Shown here: positions 56,281 through 64,000 of the stretch, piece by piece
How positions within the stretch are numbered: position 1 is the first letter of the stretch
How the letters are laid out: the number at the start of each line of letters is the position of its first letter
Source: Eledone cirrhosa
Lineage: Eukaryota
DNA: 64,000 nucleotides
Direction of reading: 5' to 3'
NCBI GenBank assembly: GCA_964016885.1
Contig: OZ024743.1
Span: 46,934,001-46,998,000, forward strand
Program-made: the position numbers and the translations under genes
Notes under the pieces: model-generated
The model's database searches: none
What the model saw: the letters and a program-made list of their open reading frames with translations, nothing else
What the model was told of the DNA's origin: nothing

Positions 56281-58575
56281 ATATTATAATGAAATGACAG
56301 GAGGCTGAATTTGTGTAAATCCTTGAAAGGTTTATTATACTATGATCATTTCAATGACCGGGTTCCGTATGAATCCGGTGATATCATCAGGTATTCGAAA
56401 TATAATACGTGAATGTAATAGATAAAATCCATGGGGCTGAAAATCGAGGACCCGAAGGCGACCGCTATCTTGCACCTTCTATCTTAGCCGGTCGCCCTCG
56501 AGTGACGTGGCTAAAGCTTACAGTGTGCTACTACCGGTCAGATAAAGGAAAACAGAAAGGGATGGGAACCTAAGTTAGCGTTAATCTCATGCCACAAGAC
56601 AAAAGAAAGAAAGAAAGGAAGGAGAGAGAAGAAGGGGGAAGGAAGAAGAAGAGAAGCCAGGGTTAATGTCAGCTATAAGAAGAAAGACAGAAAGAAAGAG
56701 GAGGAAAGGTCGGTATTACAGTCAGGCCAGGATTGTCGCAAAGAAATTTTTTTATTCTACAGGACCCGTATCTAAACAACAACTACCGGTCAGATATAGG
56801 CAAACAAAAAGGGGGAAGGAAGATAAGTCTGCGGGAGGAAGACAGAAAGAGGGGAGAAGAGAAGGAAGAGAGGGAAGATAGAAAGAAAGAGGAAGAAAGG
56901 TTGATATTAATGTCGATATTAAAGATACCTTTGCTGTATCAATGTGCTCTTCCACGTATTCCACTTCTATGTATCCATGTATTTCTACTCCTATTGGGAC
57001 TTTTGCTCACTTGTACCCATTAGCACACGACACTAGAATGTCTCCCCCTGAGAACAAAATAAATATTACCCGACTATATCCCGTACTCTACATCCCACTA
57101 GGATAAATTATAGATCTACATAATACAATTAACGTTTCTTCATAAAAGACTCTCTTTAATTAAACCCCGCAACCCAAAACCTTATAGAAGTTTTTTTAAA
57201 TGTTTAATTTTCAATTTTCTGTTTGTTCAATTCTCAATCTTCTTACTCTTTAATTTTATAATGTTATTCTGAATTCTTTCAACTTCATCCTATAAATTTA
57301 AACAATATTTTAAAGTTCCAACTTTCTGTCGGACTGTTGGGTGGGTTTTAATGGCGGCGTGACCAGCCCCCTGGCGCATGGGCCTACCTTGAGTGCTTGG
57401 AAAAATAAATTTCCCCTTCTTTCGGTAAATGAAACTACTTGGAGTGGCTTAATTCGCCCCGGGGGCCCGGAGCGCGGCCGGTGTTTTAACCGCCACATAG
57501 TATCTTTAAATTACAGATCAAATCAGAACTATTAGATATATCAACCTTAAAATGTTAAACTGTTTAACTTTAAATTTTCTAATTTCTTTAATATTAAATA
57601 TTAATTATTAATTTTTAACTTCTTCCTATAAGTCTAAACAAAAACGTAACGTTCCAATCTTCTGCTCACACATTATAACACACTGACCCCCAATATATTC
57701 ACCTCTGCTAATATACGGGTCCCTGTGAAAATTTTCTCGCGCCACTCCTGGCCTGACTGTAGCCTGACATTAATATCGACCTTTCTTCCTCTTTCTTTCT
57801 ATCTTCCTTCTTGTAGCCATCAACCCTTACTTTTCTACTTCTTCCCTCTCTTCTTTCTCTTCTCCCCTCTTTCTGTCTTCCTCCCGCAGACTTATCTTCC
57901 TTCCCCCTTTTTGTTTGCCTATATCTAACCGGTAGTAGTTGTTTAGATACGGGTCCCGTAGAATAAAAAGATTTCTTTGCGACAATCCTGGCCTGACTGT
58001 AATACCGACCTTTCCTCCTCTTTCTTTCTGTCTTTCTTCTTATAGCTGACATTAACCCTGGCTTCTCTTCTTCTTCCTTCCCCCTTCTTCACTCTCCTTC
58101 CTTTCTTTCTTTCTTTTGTCTTGTGGCATGAGATTAACACTAACTTAGGTTCCCATCCCTTTCTGTTTTCCTTTATCTGACCGGTAGTAGCACACTGTAA
58201 GCTTTAGCCACGTCACTCGAGGGCGACCGGCAAAGGTAGAAGATGCTGGATGGCGGTCGCCCTTGGGTCTTTGATTTTCAGCCCCATGGATTTTATCTAT
58301 TACATTCACGTATTATATTTCGAATACCTGTTGATATCACCGGATTCATACGGAACCCGGTCATTGAAATGATCATAGTATAATAAACCTTTCAAGGATT
58401 TACACAAGTCCAGCCTCCTGTCATTTCATTATAATATTTAACTCCGTAATAGCACCACCAACTACAAAAACAATGACAGTTGAACTGCTTTACGTTGAGT
58501 ACTCTCTATATTATTACATTACGATTGACCATACGGAATAGACCAGCTCTATCCAGTGGTGAACCTCAAACCTGA

Positions 58576-58577
<2 letters not shown>
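56281..58577. mobile_element. Foldback element 2: inverted arms 56281-56914 and 57766-58437, probably an inverted Penelope-like pLTR pair
   Basis: ~630-bp reverse-complementary arms around an ~850-bp spacer; hammerhead motif followed by AATAAA; flanked by (TA)n. Confidence 0.78.
56337..56394 (-). ncRNA. Type I minimal hammerhead ribozyme motif (mutated mirror copy at 58324-58381 on the plus strand)
   Basis: ATAC-CTGATGA-..ACCGG..CCGGT..-GAAA-TGATCA (palindromic stem III)-TA-GTAT; the right-arm copy has CTGTTGA. Confidence 0.65.
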
Positions 58578-58632
<55 letters not shown>

Positions 58633-58635
<3 letters not shown>

Positions 58636-58879
58636 AACAAAACAAAGTTTCACATTTAGGTTTTAAATGATTATACTCAGTTATGAGTGTTTCACAGATG
58701 GGTGGCTCTGGGTCGATATTAGTGTTATAGATTTAAGTTTTCCCTGATTGAATCTGACGAACAGATTGGGGCTGGAGTCAAGTCTATAACAGTAATATGG
58801 ATCCTGAGCCACCCGGCTGTGGAAGGTTCGTAACAGCCTCATCAATGAAAACCTAAATGTGAAACCTAGCTTTGTTCTT
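58633..58879. mobile_element. ~250-bp imperfect palindromic (foldback) MITE in (TA)n
   Basis: AAGAACAAA..GTTTCACATTTAGGTTTT versus AAAACCTAAATGTGAAAC..TTTGTTCTT; inner GGGTGGCTC..GTTATAGA versus TCTATAAC..GAGCCACCC. Confidence 0.75.
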
Positions 58880-58907
58880 AATATATACACTCTGCTATAA
58901 CATTGGT

Positions 58908-59026
58908 GAAGGTGTGTGGCCCAGTGGTTACAGAGTTGGATTCACATTCGTGAGGTTGTGAGTTCAATTATTGGACCAGGTGATGTGTTGTGTCCTTCAG
59001 CAAGACACATTATTTCACATTGCTCC
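58908..59026 (+). mobile_element. SINE family 2 head and core
   Basis: TGGCCCAGTGG A box, GAGTTCAATT B box and TGTGTCCTTCAGCAAGACAC. Confidence 0.8.
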
Positions 59027-59242
59027 TTCTGTCAAGGAGTTACAACCGGTAGATAGTATCAGTAATGGAAAGACCAATGGAAACATTATTTCCTTGGTCC
59101 GATTTGATGAGGTCCACCTCACTTGGTAAGCAAATGAGGTCTGGGATCTTGTTGATCAATCAGAGAGTGATAGCATTGAATACTAATATTGGTACCTTCC
59201 TCAGTAAACCACAAATCTACTGAATCATCTAATCTATATATA

Positions 59243-59733
59243 TCATCATCATCATCACCGTTTTATGTCCATTCTTCCACGCTAGCATGGGTTAGACGGG
59301 TTGTCCTGTTGTGGGCAGTGTCCAGTCGGCTGACCTTGTCTTGCTCATACGGGAACTGATTCTGGCTTGATTACTACAGCTGGATGCCCTTCCTAACACC
59401 AACCTCATTTACAGTGAGTGCTGGGTGTTTTTTTACCGTGGCGCCTCCACGACCACTTTGCAGTGGGAGGGGGTGGGGGTATATTGTCTATATGCTTCAG
59501 CTTTGGCTTGAACCCATGGGAAGTCGGGTCTTCTATATTACTGCGTGACACCAGAGGTCACGGTCCAGCATCATCGCCTTTGAGAGGTGCAATTGGATAA
59601 GGTCGAAGGAGGTAGAAGGAGCAACGTGAAATAAAGTGTCTTGCTCAAGGATATAACACATCGCCTGGTCCAGGAATCGAACTCACAACCTTACGATTGC
59701 GATCCAATTCTCTAACCACTCAGCCACACGCCT
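59243..59733 (-). mobile_element. Apparently full-length SINE: family 2 tRNA head and core plus RTE tail
   Basis: The minus strand has TGGCTGAGTGG (A box), GAGTTCGATTCC (B box), CCTTGAGCAAGACACTT, then GGTGTTAGGAAGGGCATCCAGCTGTAG..CCCATGCTAGCGTGGAA..(GAT)n; flanked by (TA)n. Confidence 0.8.
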
Positions 59734-59852
59734 TATATATATATGCAGAGGTTATATTTAATTTGTTGGGATTCAACAAGCTTAAACATTTTTATAACTG
59801 ATATAAACTGATATAAAGTTTTATAAATATAGTTTCCATTTATTAATATATT

Positions 59853-60007
<155 letters not shown>

Positions 60008-60233
60008 CACATGTTTTCATATGGACAATTCTTTCTTTTTTTCTCACAAATGTTACATTCTGTACCAATGTATGTGATGGTATACAATATACTGCGATGG
60101 TAATTATCAATCACCAATACCAATAAAATCACAACAATCAATATCATCATTAACAACTAATGGTCACATTAATGACCTATTAATCTCTATCCTCTATCAC
60201 AATATGATGCTGGTTGTCTGATGGTTTGTTTAT

Positions 60234-60655
60234 CCCTTTAGGATTTAAACCGGGTGTATCTGGCACAATTCTCTCACCTCTTTCTGTTCAAACTGGCTGT
60301 AACCAGCCACTCATACTTACGTTAAGGTATTGTTCTCAAAATAAATAATATCAAAATCTCATAGATTCGATATTATGCAAGATAATTATGTGAGGTAAAG
60401 ATTTTAGATTAATAATATAATTATTTCTACATTTGGCACAAGGCCAGCAAATATCCCAGTACATTACTGGTACTTTATTTTATTGACCCCATAAGGATGA
60501 AAGGCAACGTTAACCTCAACGGGATTTGAACTCAAACTGTAAAGGGACGTAACTATGCTGGAAAGCATGGCGTCTGACCCTCTACCGATACTGTCAATCC
60601 ACCATCTATCGTGAAAATATAATGGTATATATTGAATAATGAAAATGTTAATGGG
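60234..60655. mobile_element. piggyBac-like MITE family A, inverted relative to 1545-1765 and interrupted by a SINE
   Basis: CCCTTTAGGATTTAAACCGG ... TCAAAATCTCATAGATTCGATATTATG ... AAATGTTAATGGGTTAA. Confidence 0.75.
60421..60606 (-). mobile_element. SINE family 1, near full length
   Basis: Family body, B box GATTTGAACTC and 5' head (TGTCAATCCACCA). Confidence 0.88.
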
Positions 60656-60941
60656 TTAAAATCTTCTGATTTAATGACTGTTTAATGATAATTATAAAAA
60701 AATTAATTTATAGTAATCTAAAAATATTTTTTTACAGTTGATTGATGCTGTTTAATTATCAATTAGTACTCATTAATTTATGATTTACGAAGATGTAGCT
60801 TTGAAATTGATGAAGTACATTGTCACATTTTCTCCCTCATTATGTTCAGAAGACAAGTTTTTATTCATTGTATGACCATGACAATTATCTCTAGACAATT
60901 CCTGAGTCGTTAAAGCATGTAAAACTGTGTTAATTAGATTA

Positions 60942-61012
60942 TCAATCATTTCGATCCCTCCAACCATAATCAATATATCGTAATTTGGACTTAAAAGTGC
61001 AATTACCAATTT
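60942..61012 (-). CDS. Candidate terminal coding exon (phase 1): (E)IGNCTFKSKLRYIDYGWRDRND*; product unknown
   Basis: Acceptor TAATTTCCTTTAG; non-repetitive sequence; TGA at 60944-60942; AATAAA ~80 nt downstream (60865-60860). Confidence 0.4.
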
Positions 61013-61097
61013 CTAAAGGAAATTACCTTAGTCAACTCTCAGTACTAGAATACTCATTTCTATTTAACTAATCTAGTTTATCTCGCTTGTCATATAT

Positions 61098-61265
<168 letters not shown>

Positions 61266-61606
61266 ACACAAATCCACAGGACAGTGGTTGTTTATCTGAA
61301 TACTTTGTTAATTGATGTACCTGAATGCACCTGTACAAATGGAAGTATTTTATTTTTATATTTCTTACCTATTAAACATCTAATCTCCTTTAAAATCATT
61401 TTTGCAAGAACTATTGATTTTGTCTCCATCGTTTCTCTAACAATATAATGTCAGCATTCTCTAACAATATAATGTCAAACATTGTTGTGTCCCAACAATG
61501 GCTGCTCTTCGGTCTCATTGAACTCCTTCATACACCACTGTTTACCTGACCTACTCCACAACAACAACAATTACAACCACTACAATAGTAACAACAACAA
61601 TATAAT

Positions 61607-61793
61607 TGCTTCTACGTTTGGCACAAGGCCACCAATTACCCAGTATATTACTGGTACTTTATTTTATTGACCCTGTAAGGATGAAAGGCAAAGTTAACCT
61701 CGGTGGGATTTGAACTCAGAATGGCAATGGCCGTAACTCTGTGCGTCAAAGCAAGATGTTCGACTCTCCACCGATACTGCCAATCCACCACCC
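61607..61793 (-). mobile_element. SINE family 1, near full length
   Basis: Family body plus GATTTGAACTCAGAA and head TGCCAATCCACC. Confidence 0.88.
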
Positions 61794-61794
61794 C

Positions 61795-62170
61795 AATAAT
61801 AATAATAATAACACCAACTACAATAACAACACCAGCAACAGCAGCAACAACAATAATAACAACAACAACCACTACAATAGCAACAACACAAACAACAACA
61901 ACAACAATAATAACAACAACCACCACTACAATAGCAACAACACAAACAACAACAACAATAATAACAACAACCACCACTACAATAGCAACAACAACAATAA
62001 TAACAACAACTACCACTACAATAGCAATAGCAACAACAACAACAACAATAATAACAATGACAACAATAACAACAACAACTACTACTACTACAATAGCAAC
62101 AACAACAACAACCGCAACAACAACAACAACAACAACAGCAACAGCAACAACAACAACAACAACAACAACA

Positions 62171-62204
<34 letters not shown>

Positions 62205-62220
62205 TTACTACTACAATAAT
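61795..62220. repeat. Compound (AAC/AAT/TAC)n array
   Basis: Directly visible; a ~55-bp unit CCACTACAATAGCAACAAC recurs. Confidence 0.95.
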
Positions 62221-62425
62221 CAGTGCTGGTGTACCATTAAGGTCAACTCCTACTTATCCTGAGAGAGTCGTGGGGGTAGAGTCCTTAAACACTCCTTCCA
62301 GCGGGTCCTGTCAGAAGCAACCGTCTCAACTGATCCGGCCGGATCCCCAAACAAGACTAGCCAAGTTCATGGATGGTATCCAACCATCTTGCTTGAGGTC
62401 TGTCTCTGGGTTCTTGCCGGTGGGT
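62221..62425 (-). mobile_element. 3' end of a Rex3/Expander-like RTE LINE
   Basis: The minus strand reads, across frameshifts, PTGK-PRDRPQARWLDTIHELG*SCLGIRPDQL, resembling the PxGxRPRGRPRxRWxDxI...LGI terminus. Confidence 0.6.
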
Positions 62426-62693
62426 TTTGCCCCTAAAAATCTGTCCAATTTTCGAAATTATTTGAAAATTTTAGGTAGTCTTTCATTAGAAATATAGTAA
62501 TTAAAAGGTTAAATCACTCCAGCTCATCTGTTGCCATGTTATACTTATGATGTATATTAAAGTTAATACAGACCATCTGTCTCTATGACTTACTTTATGA
62601 GATAGGTTAATAAAATAACAGTAGCTCCTTTGTCCCCATATCACACTGATATCCCTGAAGACCATTCATCTTCATGTCACACATGAGAGATAT

Positions 62694-63175
62694 TAACCTT
62701 TTTATATCAACACACTAACAACTGTCCTTGGTTCTATGATACAAAACTGCCTGTTTTAAAGTGTTCATATTTATGTTAATATCTTCCATCTTAATTTTCT
62801 ATAAGAAATTTGTGTTAAGTAATGCTCCAAACATCAGTTTAACACATAACGTCCTGTACCACATGACACCACATTAGCAAGATATTCTTGAAAAATACAA
62901 AACAGCATTATGACTGTATCATTAAAAATTAAAATCTTTTTTTTAGTTTACAGCAAGTTTTTGCAATGAATTGTCAACTAGTAAAGATACTATAAACATT
63001 TGAATTAATAACCTTGTTTTCAAATATATTTTCTGCTAAATAATTACAGAAAGTTGAAAGTTAATAAGAAAATTATTTATTTTATTAAATTCCTGTAAAT
63101 ATTTTATTATTTTCACAATTAATTGAAACACATTGTTATTGTATTCCATAAGTGATATGGTAAGAAAAGGGTTAA
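62694..63175 (-). mobile_element. piggyBac-like MITE family B
   Basis: TTAACCTTTT ... AAAAGGGTTAA ends; internal similarity to 45147-45510 and 63704-63830. Confidence 0.7.
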
Positions 63176-63489
63176 GACCATTGCAGCCCATCTGTCTCCA
63201 TGACACATGTATGGGATATATTAAAATCACTGCAAGCTGAATGAAATAAATGTTAATAAAAGTATTAGTGCTATTCCCAGCAGTCACACCTTTTATATAC
63301 TCTATACTTCCTCTTTTGCTTTTTTGTTTCCCATCTTCTGTTTTGTTTTATTTACTTTCCTACTCCAACTTTCCAATATGAACAGTCTAAATACAGATGT
63401 GCCCCTCCAAAAAGCAATGATATAATAAAGTTCGATTACTTCAATGTGCATAGCAACAAAGAATATCAGAGATTACATAGAAACTCAAC

Positions 63490-63619
63490 CGTAAAGCTTT
63501 TGTTTGTTGAAATCAAAGATTCTAGAATCGTCTCTGACAATACGATCAGTAGAACATGCGTTATTTTCTGCTCGTGTATTTACAGTTGCCAAGCAACTAG
63601 GCAATTTGGGATTAATATC
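63490..63619 (-). CDS. Candidate internal coding exon (130 nt): DINPKLPSCLATVNTRAENNACSTDRIVRDDSRIFDFNKQKLY; product unknown
   Basis: T-rich acceptor ending TTCAAAG; only one minus-strand frame is open; weak donor G|GTTGAG; phase matches the 61012 exon. Confidence 0.35.
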
Positions 63620-63703
63620 CTTTGAATATTTGAAAAATAAACTTGAAATAAATAAAGAAGTACTCAATATAATGTGTATGTTTTGTGTATTGATGTCATA
63701 GAT

Positions 63704-63830
63704 TTAACCCTTTTATTACCATATTTCTTATGAAAGACACTTTTTATGATTTTCAGATAATTATGCAAATAATCAAGAATTTGGAGAGAATTAATAAAAA
63801 CTTTCTCATTATGAAATTGTTGTTTGGGTA
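63704..63830 (+). mobile_element. MITE family B left part
   Basis: TTAACCCTTTTATTACCATATTTC. Confidence 0.6.
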
Positions 63831-63831
63831 T

Positions 63832-64000
63832 TGGGTTAGCTGTATTGGTAGAGCATTGGATAATATGCTTTGTGGTATATAGTTATGGCCTTTTATGTTC
63901 TGAGTTCAAATCCCACCGAGTTTAGCTTTGCCTTTCACTCTTATGTGGTTGATAATATAAAGCACCAGTAATGCATTGGAGTCAATTTAATTGACTTTCC
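63832..64000 (+). mobile_element. SINE family 1, diverged
   Basis: CTGAGTTCAAATCCCACCGAG..CTTTGCCTTTCA..CCAGTAATGCATTGG. Confidence 0.8.

Noticed and set aside
56666-58140. Arg/Lys/Glu-rich ORFs duplicated on opposite strands
   Set aside because: Purine-rich low-complexity sequence in the inverted arms; no recognisable domain
63176-63237. Extra minus-strand exon after the acceptor-like TTTCATTCAG
   Set aside because: It is a unit of the ~49-bp repeat and meets a stop at the MITE TTAA with no donor

Overview
This is eukaryotic, repeat-dominated DNA. Its repeat repertoire (RTE LINEs with (GAT)n tails, tRNA-derived SINEs, TTAA-flanked MITEs, dense (TA)n/(TACA)n/(GGT)n tracts) looks like an octopus or other cephalopod genome; that assignment comes from my recall of these repeats, not from a search. 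About half the window (13.0-44.1 kb) is one ~31-kb minisatellite with a 31-bp unit and kilobase-scale higher-order duplications. All the very long His/Thr ORFs in the track are artefacts of this array. The flanks hold decayed RTE LINEs (one near full length), a CRE-clade RLE retrotransposon, many SINEs, piggyBac-like and hAT-like MITEs, and a Helitron nested inside a hAT MITE inside a SINE. Two long inverted-repeat elements at 55.1-58.5 kb carry minimal hammerhead-ribozyme motifs in both arms, resembling Penelope-like pseudo-LTRs, and a further well-formed hammerhead sits at 44.43 kb. No intact protein-coding gene is certain, but two phase-compatible candidate 3' exons on the minus strand (63.6 and 61.0 kb) are missed by the ORF track. 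I found no clear evidence of a wholly new biological system. The best leads are the hammerhead foldback elements, the minisatellite architecture and the candidate gene end.
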